A DNA stretch of 64,000 nt. Origin: Thermoanaerobaculia bacterium. GTDB lineage: Bacteria; Acidobacteriota; Thermoanaerobaculia; Multivoradales; Multivoraceae. This document shows positions 36,584 to 46,065 of the stretch, piece after piece (within the stretch, counting starts at the first letter, position 1; the number at the start of each line of letters is the position of its first letter). A program made the translations under genes and the position numbers. The notes under the pieces are model-generated. The model was not told where the DNA came from and ran no database searches. It worked only from the letters and a program-made list of their open reading frames with translations. Location: NCBI GenBank assembly GCA_965116955.1, contig OZ220742.1, positions 71,577 through 135,576 on the forward strand, given 5' to 3'.

Positions 36584-37876
36584 TTGGCGCAGTACCTGAC
36601 GGCCCGCGGTCACGAGGTTTCCGGCATCGATGCCGGCTTCCGCCGCGAGTGGGTCGCCGAGATGGGCGGCCGTTCCGCCTTGCCGGTCGCTTCCATCGAG
36701 GCGCGGCTCAACGCCTTCGAGTCCGCCTACGGCCGGCGTCCTCACGTCGTCCGGGGCGACCTGACCGACAAGGACGTGGTGTACCGGCTGTTCGAGGACG
36801 TCCGGCCGGAGGCGATCGTTCACCTGGGTGAGTGCCCCTCGGCGCCCTACTCGATGATCGACGCGGACCACGCCATCTGGGTGCAGCGCAACAACATCGA
36901 GGGCACGATGAACGTGCTCTACGCGATGCGCGATCTGGCGCCCGAGGCGCACCTGGTCAAGCTCGGCACGATGGGCGAGTACGGCACACCGAACCTCGAC
37001 ATCCCCGAGGGTTTCTTCGAAATCGAGTACCGCGGCCGCCGCGACCGACTGCCCTTCCCACGGCAAGCCGGCTCCTGGTACCACTGGAGCAAGGTCCACG
37101 ACAGCAACAACGTGATGTTCGCCTGCCGCATCTTCGGGCTCCGGGCCACTGACGTGATGCAGGGCGTCGTCTACGGCACCCGCTTCTTCGGCAGCGCCGC
37201 CGACCATCCGGCCGACCCCGCGCTCCACACCCGGCTCGACTTCGACCAGGCCTTCGGCACCGCGCTGAACCGCTTCTGCTGCCAGTCCGTGATCGGCGAG
37301 CCGCTGACCCTGTTCGGCCTCGGCAACCAGCGCCGCGGCTTCCTGCCGATCTGCGACTCGATGCAGTGCCTGACTCTGGCGGTCGACAATCCGCCCGAAG
37401 CCGGCGACTACCGCGTGTTCAACCAGTTCGAGGAGACGTACACGATCTCCGAACTCGCCGCCAAGGTCGCCGCGGTTGCTTCCGGGATGGGCCTCGATCC
37501 GCACATCCGGCGGATCGAGAATCCGCGCAAGGAAATGGAAGAGCACCACTACAACCCGGACCACGACCACCTGCTCGCCCTGGGTTACGAGCCGACCCGC
37601 GACATGGACTCGGAACTCCGGGCGATGCTCGAGGACCTCCTGCCGCACAACGACCGGATCGCGGCCAAACGCGACGTGCTGCTGCCCGACATCCGCTGGG
37701 ACGGCAGCCGGCGGACATCCGTCTTTCTGGGTGGAGCGCCCCCTCTGGAAGGCGGCAACGGTGCGGGACCGGACGAGCCCGCCGCCGCAAAGCCGTCAGT
37801 CGACGAGACGGATGCGGGTGCCGCAGATGTGGATCACGCCGTCGGCGCCCAGGCAACCCCGGTCGCGCGCGGCTGA
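36584..37876 (+). CDS. sqdB: UDP-sulfoquinovose synthase (SQD1/SqdB); true start upstream of the listed TTG
   Basis: Very strong similarity to SQD1/SqdB (HLGECPSAPYSMID, HLVKLGTMGEYGTPN, WYHWSKVHDS, GTALNRFC). The conserved Rossmann motif RVLIAGIDGYLGW is encoded upstream at about 36542-36580, in frame. That frame has no ATG/GTG/TTG between the stop at 36503 and the TTG at 36584. Confidence 0.85.
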   Translation: MAQYLTARGHEVSGIDAGFRREWVAEMGGRSALPVASIEARLNAFESAYGRRPHVVRGDLTDKDVVYRLFEDVRPEAIVHLGECPSAPYSMIDADHAIWVQRNNIEGTMNVLYAMRDLAPEAHLVKLGTMGEYGTPNLDIPEGFFEIEYRGRRDRLPFPRQAGSWYHWSKVHDSNNVMFACRIFGLRATDVMQGVVYGTRFFGSAADHPADPALHTRLDFDQAFGTALNRFCCQSVIGEPLTLFGLGNQRRGFLPICDSMQCLTLAVDNPPEAGDYRVFNQFEETYTISELAAKVAAVASGMGLDPHIRRIENPRKEMEEHHYNPDHDHLLALGYEPTRDMDSELRAMLEDLLPHNDRIAAKRDVLLPDIRWDGSRRTSVFLGGAPPLEGGNGAGPDEPAAAKPSVDETDAGAADVDHAVGAQATPVARG

Positions 37877-38560
37877 ACGGGCGCGGTCGGCGTCGACCGC
37901 GCGCAGATCGATGCCGCCCAGGCCCTCGGGCCGGCCGTCGGTCGGCAGCACGAAGCGCAGGTCGGCGTTCTCGAAGGGGATCGTCGGCACGCCGTCGAGA
38001 TCGCGCAGCGGGATCTCCGCGATCTCGCTCCAGCGGGCCGCGAGCCGGCCCGGGTCCGGGGTCTGAATCTCTCCCGCCACGATCGCGTCGACGACGTCGG
38101 TCCGGCGGCAGCGCTGCCAGTTCTCCCCCGCCGGTTCCCACGGTCCGTCCGGCTCCAGACCGTTCGTCTGGCAGTCGATCTCGAAGAACGTCCCGCCCGT
38201 GTCCTTGGGATGGAGCTGCATGTTCTGGAAACCGTGGCGCTCGAACTCGTTGACCAGGCGAATCCCCAGTTCCTCGACCCGCCGCCGGCGCGGGGCATGG
38301 TCGTCGCACTGGGTGATGAACATGTAGCCGCCGTCGCCGCCGCGCTTCTCCAGGTAGCGGCCGCCCGCCGTGTTCTCCTCGATCGGAGCCACGACCTCGA
38401 GCAACTGGTTGCCGATCGGCAGCAGGGCGTTCTCCAGCCCGAAACGGCCCACGCCGGGATCGTTGTAGCAGACCTCGATGTCGAACACGGCCTCCAGGTC
38501 GTCGACGACCGGGGCGAGTTTCTCGGCTACCAGACAGATCTGCCGCAGGCGCAACCACAT
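37796..38560 (-). CDS. VOC (glyoxalase/bleomycin-resistance/dioxygenase fold)-like protein
   Basis: 254-aa ORF with genome-typical codon usage. Glyoxalase-like beta-alpha-beta modules. Its 3' end overlaps the sqdB 3' end by about 80 nt (convergent). Confidence 0.45.
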   Translation of the reverse strand: MWLRLRQICLVAEKLAPVVDDLEAVFDIEVCYNDPGVGRFGLENALLPIGNQLLEVVAPIEENTAGGRYLEKRGGDGGYMFITQCDDHAPRRRRVEELGIRLVNEFERHGFQNMQLHPKDTGGTFFEIDCQTNGLEPDGPWEPAGENWQRCRRTDVVDAIVAGEIQTPDPGRLAARWSEIAEIPLRDLDGVPTIPFENADLRFVLPTDGRPEGLGGIDLRAVDADRARSAARDRGCLGADGVIHICGTRIRLVD

Positions 38561-38646
38561 GACGAATCTCCTTCAGGTGCGTCGGTTCGGAGGGAACGCC
38601 GGATCATGGCACGAACGCGCGGCGCCCACGCCATGACGTGCCGCGG

Positions 38647-39840
38647 CTACGACTCCGGCCAGGAACCCCGCCCCTCCAGCAGGAAGGTCAGGTGCGGGTG
38701 GTACAGCGCCGGTTCCAGCAGGAACGAGTCGTGCCCCTTGTCGGAGTGGACGATGATCCTCATGCAACTGACGCCGGCTTCCTCGAGGGTCGCCATCAGT
38801 TCGCCCTGCTCCTCGGGGTAGTAGCAGACGTCCGAGTTGATCGAGAAGATGAGGAAGCGCTGGTCCCGGCAGCGCTCGAAGGCCTCCCGGAGAGAGTCGG
38901 CGCCGGCGGCCGCGGCCAGATCGAACTGACTCCAGGCGTCGAGAATCCGCAGGTAGGAGTTCGCGTCGAACCGGGCCGCGAACTTCCGGCCCTGATGCCT
39001 CATGTAGGACTCGATCGGGTGGTTCACGCCGTACCAGGGGACGCCCGACGCCTCGGCAACGGTGTTCCTGGCCCGCCGCCGCAAGGTGCGCAGCGACACG
39101 AAGGTCTTGTGGTTGATCTGGCGCGCGATCTTCATCCCCTCGAGTTCGATACCCGGCGGGTAGTTGCCGGCGGCGAATCGCGGATCGTTGGCGATCGCCT
39201 GGATCTGCTCGAAGTTGTGGATCCGCTGGAGCGGCGTCACCTCCATGCCGGCGGCGACCACGACGACGTTGCGCACCCGCTCCGGGAACATGACCGCGAG
39301 ATCGAGCACCGCCATGCCGCCGGTCGAGGGTCCGATCCCCGCGTGCAGCACGTCGATTTCCAGCCGGTCGACCAGGCGCATCGCCGCCCGCACCGAGTCC
39401 GAGAAGCGCACCCGGGGGAAAGTCGGCCCCCAACGCTCGCCCGTGGCCGGGTCGATCGAGAGCGGGCCGGTCGACCCGTAGCAGCCGCCGATGTAGTTGA
39501 CGCAGATGACGCAGAAGTCGTCCGTGTCGATCGCCCGCCCCGGCCCGATGAACTCGTGCCACCAGCCGACCACCATCTCGTCGGTCCACGCGTCTTCCAG
39601 GCCCGGAACGCCGTGGTTCGTGCCCGCCGCGTGATGGCTCCCGGTCAAGGCGTGGAACAGGAGCACGGCGTTGTCGCGCGCGGCGTTCAGTTCGCCGTAC
39701 TGCTCCCAGGCCAGGGTGAACCCGGACAGCGTGTCGCCGCAACGGAGTTCGAGCGGTTCGTCGAAGTGCTCGAACCGGGTCTCGACAACGCCGATGCCGC
39801 CGCTGGCATCCGTCGGTTGCAGGTTGCGAACCGTCTCCAT
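38647..39840 (-). CDS. metX: Homoserine O-acetyltransferase
   Basis: 397-aa alpha/beta-hydrolase with MetX-specific motifs (FHALTGSHHAAG...; GGSMGGMQ-like GPSTGGMAVL nucleophile elbow) and C-terminal His/Asp. Confidence 0.85.
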   Translation of the reverse strand: METVRNLQPTDASGGIGVVETRFEHFDEPLELRCGDTLSGFTLAWEQYGELNAARDNAVLLFHALTGSHHAAGTNHGVPGLEDAWTDEMVVGWWHEFIGPGRAIDTDDFCVICVNYIGGCYGSTGPLSIDPATGERWGPTFPRVRFSDSVRAAMRLVDRLEIDVLHAGIGPSTGGMAVLDLAVMFPERVRNVVVVAAGMEVTPLQRIHNFEQIQAIANDPRFAAGNYPPGIELEGMKIARQINHKTFVSLRTLRRRARNTVAEASGVPWYGVNHPIESYMRHQGRKFAARFDANSYLRILDAWSQFDLAAAAGADSLREAFERCRDQRFLIFSINSDVCYYPEEQGELMATLEEAGVSCMRIIVHSDKGHDSFLLEPALYHPHLTFLLEGRGSWPES

Positions 39841-39894
39841 GGGCCGACACTATCCCCACCCGACCGTGAGCGTAGGGGGCGGTAAGTCAGACGG

Positions 39895-41220
39895 TTACGG
39901 CGGCGACACCAGACTGCGTGGCACCAGCGCCCAGTAGCGGCCCCGGTGCGCCATGCGGCCGGCGATCGACTTCGCACGTTCGCCTGAGCCCCAGTACACA
40001 TCGCCGCGCACTGAGCCCCGAATCGCGCCGCCCGTGTCCTGGGCCACGAGCAGCCACTGGCGGCGCTCGTCGGGCGCGTCAACGTCAGCGGCCGGAATCA
40101 ATGCGTCGAGCCAGACGGGAACGCCGAGCGGGACGTATTGGCGGTCGACCGCCAGGGAACGCTCCGTCGTCAGGGCGACGCCCTGCGCCCCCACCGGTCC
40201 CTCGCCGCGGATCTCGCGAAAGAAGACATAGGACGCGTTCGTCGCCATGACCTCGCCGGCGCGGTCCGGGTTCGCCCGAAGCCAGGCGTCGATCGACTGG
40301 AGCGAGACCTCCGCGAGCTCCATCTCCCCCATATCGACCAGAGTGCGGCCGATCGCGTGGTACGGGTGACCGTTCTGGGCCGCGTAGCCGACCCGCAGGA
40401 CCGTTCCGTCGTCGAGTTCGATCCGGCCCGAACCCTGGATGTGGAGGAAGAACGCGTCAACCGCGTCGTCGACCCAGACGAGTTCCAGGCCCCGGCCCGC
40501 GAGCGAACCCGCGGCGATCTCCTGGCGGTCGTCGTAGACGTCGAGGCTTCCGCCGCGCACGCGACCGGCCACGCGGCGGCCGCGCAGGTCGTCGCGGAAG
40601 CGGCCGAGGTCGACCATGACGAGATCGGAGGGGTGGGTGTAGAGCGGCACGTTGTAGCGATCGCTGCGTCGCCGGCTGCCATGGAGATGGGGCTCGAAGT
40701 AGCCGGTGAAGAGTCCGATCCGCGAAAACCAGCCGGAGGCGTTCCCGGGCCGGCCGCCGGCGTCGCCCGCGTCCGCTCGGGAAAGCGGCACGGCGACCAC
40801 CTCGCGCTCGATGACCGCGCGTACTTCCTCCTCCCCCGCCGTATCGCCCAGGCCACGCAGGGCATCGCACAACGGACGCCAGCCGGCGGGCGTGCCGCCC
40901 AGTTCGACCGGCTGGAGCGGTCGGTCGGCCGGCTGCGCCAGCAGCCGACCGCAACTCCTGAGCAGGGCCGGCAGGGCCTCCGACACATCGTCACCGGTCC
41001 AGCCCGGCAGCGCCGTGACCTCGAGTGGCGGACCGTAGACGGCGATCGCCTCAGCATCGGGCGGTGCCGGCGCCGCTCGTCCCGACAACCAGCCGGCCAC
41101 TCGGTCGGGGCCCACGGCGAGAACAGTGGCGACCAACGCCCAGCCCAGCACAAGAAGCCCGGCGATCCGAAGAGCCCGCTCGCGGGGAGGAAGGTCCCGT
41201 ACCAGCCATCCCATATGCAA
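39895..41220 (-). CDS. mltA: Membrane-bound lytic murein transglycosylase A
   Basis: N-terminal membrane anchor. MltA-specific domain followed by 3D domain (YHAIGRTLVDMG...DTGGAIRGSVRGDVYWG). Confidence 0.8.
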   Translation of the reverse strand: MHMGWLVRDLPPRERALRIAGLLVLGWALVATVLAVGPDRVAGWLSGRAAPAPPDAEAIAVYGPPLEVTALPGWTGDDVSEALPALLRSCGRLLAQPADRPLQPVELGGTPAGWRPLCDALRGLGDTAGEEEVRAVIEREVVAVPLSRADAGDAGGRPGNASGWFSRIGLFTGYFEPHLHGSRRRSDRYNVPLYTHPSDLVMVDLGRFRDDLRGRRVAGRVRGGSLDVYDDRQEIAAGSLAGRGLELVWVDDAVDAFFLHIQGSGRIELDDGTVLRVGYAAQNGHPYHAIGRTLVDMGEMELAEVSLQSIDAWLRANPDRAGEVMATNASYVFFREIRGEGPVGAQGVALTTERSLAVDRQYVPLGVPVWLDALIPAADVDAPDERRQWLLVAQDTGGAIRGSVRGDVYWGSGERAKSIAGRMAHRGRYWALVPRSLVSPP

Positions 41221-41317
41221 CGACGCTAGCAGCGCGGCTGCGGGCGGTGCCCGTTCGGCGGCTGTTCTGATCCAGGGCGACCTGCGGGCGGGTGGGCCGA
41301 CGGGTACGCTTTCCGCG

Positions 41318-42517
41318 ATGACGGAACGCCCGCTGCGATGGCTGTTCTTCTACGACTGCATCTACCCGGAGTCGCTCGGCGGCGTCGAGCACCGGAATCA
41401 CGAGCTGGCGCGGGAGCTCGGCCGGCTCGGCCATGAGGTCGTGCTCTCGGGTTGGGCGGATGGTCCCGGCGCACCGCACCCGAACGTCCGCGTCGAACCG
41501 GTCGCCCGGGCGAGCCGCCGCTACCTCGCCCGCGGCCGCAGGTCGGGTATCGAAGCGCTGACGCTCGCCTCCCAGGTGCGCCGCATTCCGCTCGACGGCA
41601 TCGATATCGTCGAGACCGCGAACATCCCCTACCTGCACCTGCCCCTGCTTGCCCGGCGCTGCCGGAAGCGGCGCATCCCACTGCTCGTCACCTGGCACGA
41701 GCACTGGGGACGCTACTGGCGAAAACACCGGCCTCCAGGGCCCTTCAGCCCCGGCATGTGGCGCTTCTACGCCCTCTGCGAACACTGGTCGGCGCGTTTC
41801 GGCACGCAGGCGGTCGCGGTCAGTCGGCTCACCGCGGACCGTGTCTCCAGGGTCCGCGGCCAGACGGTCGACGTCGTCCCCAACGGCATTCCGTTCGAAC
41901 GAATCCGCGCCCTCGCGGCGGAAGCGGACGCGAACGCTCCGCCCCTGGTCTACGCCGGCCGGTTGATTCCAGAGAAACGGATCGACCTGCTGCTCGACGC
42001 CACGGCTCGACTGGCGGCAACGGAGACGGGCCGCAGGCTCGTCGCCGAGCGCGGAGCCCTGCTCCGGATCATCGGCGGCGGCCCGGCGGAGGACGACATC
42101 CGCGCGCACATCGAGCGCGAGAACCTCTCTGGAATCGTCGACTTCGCCGGCCGGCTGCCCGAAAACGAGGACGTATGGCGCGCCGTAGCCGGCGCCCGCC
42201 TGGCGGTACAACCCTCCGCCCGCGAGGGCTTCGGGCTCTTCCCGCTGGAAGCGATGGCCGCCGGCGTGCCGGTAGTGCACTGCAGGTCCCCGAACAGCGC
42301 CGTGTCCGAACTCGTGCGCGACGGCAGGGAGGGATGGGCCTCCCCCGCCGACGTGGGCGAACTGGCCCGACTGCTCGAACGGCTGCTCGGCGCACCCACG
42401 GATACCACCGCCGCCGCGCGCGCTGCACTGGAGCGCGCTGCCGGCTACGACTGGCGACAGGTCGCTGACCGGGTCATCGAAACCGGAACCGAACTCGTGC
42501 GGCGCGAGCGCGCCTGA
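41318..42517 (+). CDS. Glycosyltransferase family 4
   Basis: Internal ATG at 41318 (upstream ORF portion is antisense to mltA). GT-B, with C-terminal EGFGLFPLEAMAAGVPVV motif typical of GT4. Confidence 0.75.
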   Translation: MTERPLRWLFFYDCIYPESLGGVEHRNHELARELGRLGHEVVLSGWADGPGAPHPNVRVEPVARASRRYLARGRRSGIEALTLASQVRRIPLDGIDIVETANIPYLHLPLLARRCRKRRIPLLVTWHEHWGRYWRKHRPPGPFSPGMWRFYALCEHWSARFGTQAVAVSRLTADRVSRVRGQTVDVVPNGIPFERIRALAAEADANAPPLVYAGRLIPEKRIDLLLDATARLAATETGRRLVAERGALLRIIGGGPAEDDIRAHIERENLSGIVDFAGRLPENEDVWRAVAGARLAVQPSAREGFGLFPLEAMAAGVPVVHCRSPNSAVSELVRDGREGWASPADVGELARLLERLLGAPTDTTAAARAALERAAGYDWRQVADRVIETGTELVRRERA

Positions 42518-42561
42518 CCGCGCTTCGGACGGATCGGGACTGCTGTAAGGTCTCCGCCGTT

Positions 42562-42954
42562 GTGGGGACCGTGCTCCAGGTCGAGGTGTCGCCGGGCGAA
42601 CTGATCGACAAGATCACGATCCTCGAGATCAAGGCCGAGCGGATCGCCGATCCGGACAAACTGGCCAATGTCCACCGCGAGCTGGAGAGCCTGACCGCGA
42701 CCCGCGAGGAAGCGCTGGACTCCTCGCCGGAACTCGACGGGTTCACCGCGGAGCTTCGCCGGATCAACGAGCGTCTCTGGGAGATCGAGGACGACATCCG
42801 CGACTGCGAGCGGAACGGCGACTTCGGCGAGCGCTTCATCGAACTCGCGCGGGCGGTCTATCGCACGAACGACCGGCGCGCCGCGGCGAAGCGGAGCATC
42901 AACGAACTGTTGGGCTCCGAACTCGTCGAAGAGAAGGACTACGCCGACTACTGA
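42562..42954 (+). CDS. Small conserved hypothetical protein (DUF6165-like)
   Basis: GTG start (alternative GTG at 42571). Motif GELIDKITILEIKAERI typical of a small conserved family of unknown function. Confidence 0.5.
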   Translation: MGTVLQVEVSPGELIDKITILEIKAERIADPDKLANVHRELESLTATREEALDSSPELDGFTAELRRINERLWEIEDDIRDCERNGDFGERFIELARAVYRTNDRRAAAKRSINELLGSELVEEKDYADY

Positions 42955-42961
42955 TCGGCCG

Positions 42962-43402
42962 CTACCAGGTGCCCTCGTTCGGCATCGAGGCCCACGGCTC
43001 CTCGACCGGCAGGGAGCCGCCGGCCTGAAGGAGCTCGATCGAGATCCCGTCCGGCGAACGGATAAAGGCCATGCGACCGTCCCGCGGCGGCCGGTTGATC
43101 GTCACCCCCTGCTCCTGCAGCGAGCGGCAGGTGCCGTAGATGTCGTCGACTTCGAAGGCGAGGTGCCCGAAGTTGCGACCGCCGGTGTAGTCCTCCGGAT
43201 CCCAGTTGTACGTCAGCTCGAGCAAGGGCGCCGTCCGCTCGCGGGCGAGTTCGACGTCGGCGGGGGCGGCCAGGAAGACGAGGGTGAACCGCCCCTGTTC
43301 GCTGTCGAACCGCCGCAGTTCGACCATTCCCAGCTTGCCGCAGTAGAAGTCGAGTGCATCCTCCAGGCTGGCGACCCGGACCATCGTGTGCAGGTACTTC
43401 AT
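42962..43402 (-). CDS. gloA: Lactoylglutathione lyase (glyoxalase I)
   Basis: 146-aa protein. [16 protein letters not shown]... and [13 protein letters not shown] motifs match the Ni/Zn GloA metal ligands. Confidence 0.85.
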   Translation of the reverse strand: MKYLHTMVRVASLEDALDFYCGKLGMVELRRFDSEQGRFTLVFLAAPADVELARERTAPLLELTYNWDPEDYTGGRNFGHLAFEVDDIYGTCRSLQEQGVTINRPPRDGRMAFIRSPDGISIELLQAGGSLPVEEPWASMPNEGTW

Positions 43403-43471
43403 CCTTCGCCTTCCCCCTTCCCGGCCAGCCCAGCGGGCGCCGCCGAATCGATCCGGTAGCTTACGCCCTCA

Positions 43472-44626
43472 ATGCGGATCAGGGAGGTAGTGCATCGGGT
43501 GATCGACTCGCCGATCACCCAGATCGGGCGGTGGAAGAGCAACGCCTCCCGGGACCTGCCCCTCATCGACGTCTCCCAGGCCGCGCCGACCTACCCGCCC
43601 GCCCAGGAACTGCGCGACCACATCGCTTCCCAGGCCCAGAGCCCGGCCACCGCGACCTACACCGACCAGCAGGGAGTCCCCGAACTGCGTGTGGCCCTGG
43701 CCCGTGCTCTAACCGTGGACTACGACGCCCCGATCGCCGTCGAACACATGGCCGTCACCGCCGGCTGCAACCAGGCCTTCTGCCTGGCGATGATGGCGCT
43801 GACCGAACCAGGCGACGAGGTCCTGCTGCCCCTGCCCTCCTACTTCAACCACGACATGTGGCTACGTTCCCAGGATGTCGAGCCGGTCTACCTGGAACCC
43901 GGCCCGGACATGAGCCCGGACCCGGCGGAGGCCGCGGCCGCCATCACCGACAGAACGCGCGCCATCGTCCTGGTGACGCCGAACAACCCGACCGGCGCCG
44001 TCTACCCGCCGGCCCTGATCGAGAGCTTCTTCGAACTCGCCCGCGAACGCGGACTCGTCCTGGTGATCGACGAGACGTACCGCGAGTTCCGGGAGCACTC
44101 CGACCCGCCGCACCGCCTCTTCGCCCGCTCCGACTGGAGCGACACCCTGATCCATCTCTACAGCTTCTCCAAGGCGTACTGCATGGCGGGCTACCGGATC
44201 GGCTGCATGGCCACGAATCCCGCCCTGCTGCGGGAAACGCTCAAGATCGCCGACTGCGTCGCCCTCTGCCCGTCCAACATCGGCCAGTTGGCGGCCAACT
44301 ACTGCCTCGAACACCTGGACGCCTGGAAACGCGAGTACCGCCGCACCGTCCGCGACCGCGTCACCTACGCCGCCCGCCGCCTCCACGAAGCGAACACCGG
44401 CTTCGACGTCGTCTCCTCCGGCGGCTACTTCGTCTACCTGCGCCACCCCTTCACCGACCGCTCCTCCGCCTCCGTCGGCCGCAGCCTCGCCGAGGACCAC
44501 GGCATCCTCTGCCTCGCCGGCTCCATGTTCGGCCCCGGCCAGGACCGCTACCTCCGCCTCGCCTTCGCCAACGTCGATCTGCCGGCGATCGACGAGCTCG
44601 TCGAGCGGCTGCGACGGGTTCGGTGA
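43472..44626 (+). CDS. Pyridoxal-phosphate-dependent aminotransferase (class I/II)
   Basis: PLP-lysine motif SFSKAY. Fold-type I aminotransferase pattern (VLVTPNNPTG...). Start ambiguous: ATG 43472, or GTG at 43490/43499 downstream of AGGGAGG. Confidence 0.75.
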   Translation: MRIREVVHRVIDSPITQIGRWKSNASRDLPLIDVSQAAPTYPPAQELRDHIASQAQSPATATYTDQQGVPELRVALARALTVDYDAPIAVEHMAVTAGCNQAFCLAMMALTEPGDEVLLPLPSYFNHDMWLRSQDVEPVYLEPGPDMSPDPAEAAAAITDRTRAIVLVTPNNPTGAVYPPALIESFFELARERGLVLVIDETYREFREHSDPPHRLFARSDWSDTLIHLYSFSKAYCMAGYRIGCMATNPALLRETLKIADCVALCPSNIGQLAANYCLEHLDAWKREYRRTVRDRVTYAARRLHEANTGFDVVSSGGYFVYLRHPFTDRSSASVGRSLAEDHGILCLAGSMFGPGQDRYLRLAFANVDLPAIDELVERLRRVR

Positions 44627-44698
44627 TGGCCGCCTGTCGGCGAGTACGGGGGGAGGTTCCAAGCGGACGCTGATCGGCCGTGCAGATATCGAGCGCCG

Positions 44699-45976
44699 AT
44701 GCTCCAGAATGCGACACGTGATATGCCCGCACAGTTAGAAAGGCACGCGCATCCCCGTTTCTTCGTCTCCGCGGATTGGAGCAAGGACCCAAGGAAGCGC
44801 TCGGTCTACGTTGCCGATCTGAGCAAGTGCCTCATCTACCGCGAAGAGCGACCGGACTGGGCGCTGGGGAGCCTCATGGCCTTGGCGACGCAGCTCGCCC
44901 AGTCGGGCTCCGTGCTGGTCGGCGTCGACGTGGCGTTGGGAGTGCCCCGGAGCTACTGGAAGCTGGTTCAAGCCGACGACCGCTACGACCAACCCGGCAA
45001 CTTCGTCGACTGGCTCGGACGCCTCAGCGAACACGACCGTTTCTTCGACCCCGCCAACACGATCAGAAACCACGAGCGGTGGCGCGTCGCTCGGCCCTGG
45101 TTTCACGTGCCAAAGGGCAAGGGTGCTCTGACCGCGTTCAAGAAGAGGGCCGACGACGGCTTCCTCCGCCTGATTGACCGATCCTCCGGAGCCAAGCCTC
45201 TGTTCGCGGTGAGTGGCATCCCCGGAACAGTGGGTTCCGGGACCCGTGACTTTTGGCGAGAGTTGGCACCGAACCTGACAACGAACCGCAAGTTCGCGGT
45301 CTGGCCTTTCGAAGGCGAACTCGCTGAGCTTCTCTGCACGAACAGGATCGTGCTCGCGGAGACCTATCCCGGCCTCGCCTATGCGGCCGCCCTTGCCGAG
45401 GAACTGCCAACCGGGCGGATCGCGGTCAGCAAGACGAAGCACCAACCGCGAAACGACGCTTGCAACCTGCTGGCCAACGCGAAATGGGTGGCGACCTACG
45501 GCGTGGAGCTCGACGACATCGGCAGCGCGCGAATCGACGAAGACGACTTCGACGCACTGATGACTGCCGCCGCCGTTCTGCGCTGCGCCCTTGAGCACAC
45601 CCCGCTGGCCACCCCAGACTGGATATGCCATGTCGCCGAGGGCGCGATGCTCCTGGCCGGTCCCGTCGATCCGACCCGCAGGTCCAGAACCATCTCCAGG
45701 CCCGACAAGGCTGCTCAGGCAAAGTTCCAACTGTCCCCCGCTGCCGTTCCCAAGAAGGAACCGCGCCCACCAGAACCACGGAAACATACTGCCGGCGAGA
45801 AGGTCACATATCGGTGCCCGATCCCAGGCTGTTCCAAGGTCTTCTCCGACTCTCGGGGCGGTTGGGACGCTCACGTCGCATCACGCCGTAAACACCCCGA
45901 CTGGTTCCCCGACATAGAGAATCCCCAATTGCGCAAGGAACTCTTCCGCAGGGACTTCGGCTACTGGTTCCGCTAG
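44699..45976 (+). CDS. Hypothetical protein; N-terminal DUF429-like (RNase-H-fold) region and C-terminal C2H2-like zinc-finger motif
   Basis: Local GC is lower (about 62%). N-terminal FFVSADWSKDPRKRSVYVADL resembles the DUF429 opening. C-terminus CPIPGC-x13-H-x6-H. No close characterised family recognised. Confidence 0.5.
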   Translation: MLQNATRDMPAQLERHAHPRFFVSADWSKDPRKRSVYVADLSKCLIYREERPDWALGSLMALATQLAQSGSVLVGVDVALGVPRSYWKLVQADDRYDQPGNFVDWLGRLSEHDRFFDPANTIRNHERWRVARPWFHVPKGKGALTAFKKRADDGFLRLIDRSSGAKPLFAVSGIPGTVGSGTRDFWRELAPNLTTNRKFAVWPFEGELAELLCTNRIVLAETYPGLAYAAALAEELPTGRIAVSKTKHQPRNDACNLLANAKWVATYGVELDDIGSARIDEDDFDALMTAAAVLRCALEHTPLATPDWICHVAEGAMLLAGPVDPTRRSRTISRPDKAAQAKFQLSPAAVPKKEPRPPEPRKHTAGEKVTYRCPIPGCSKVFSDSRGGWDAHVASRRKHPDWFPDIENPQLRKELFRRDFGYWFR

Positions 45977-46065
45977 AGCACCGACTCGTACCGGCGATCC
46001 TCGACGCTGCGAACGGCTACTGACTGACCACGACCAATCGACGCCCCGCGACCCAGCGCCGTCCA

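Noticed and set aside
37366-38560. ORFs 37366..38253 (+), 37419..38558 (-), 37834..38298 (-)
   Set aside because: R/P/G-rich frames overlapping the sqdB 3' end and the VOC gene. No motifs.
43354-44673. 439-aa ORF in an alternative frame over the class I/II aminotransferase
   Set aside because: Arg/Pro-rich. The 43472..44626 frame carries the PLP-Lys SFSKAY motif.
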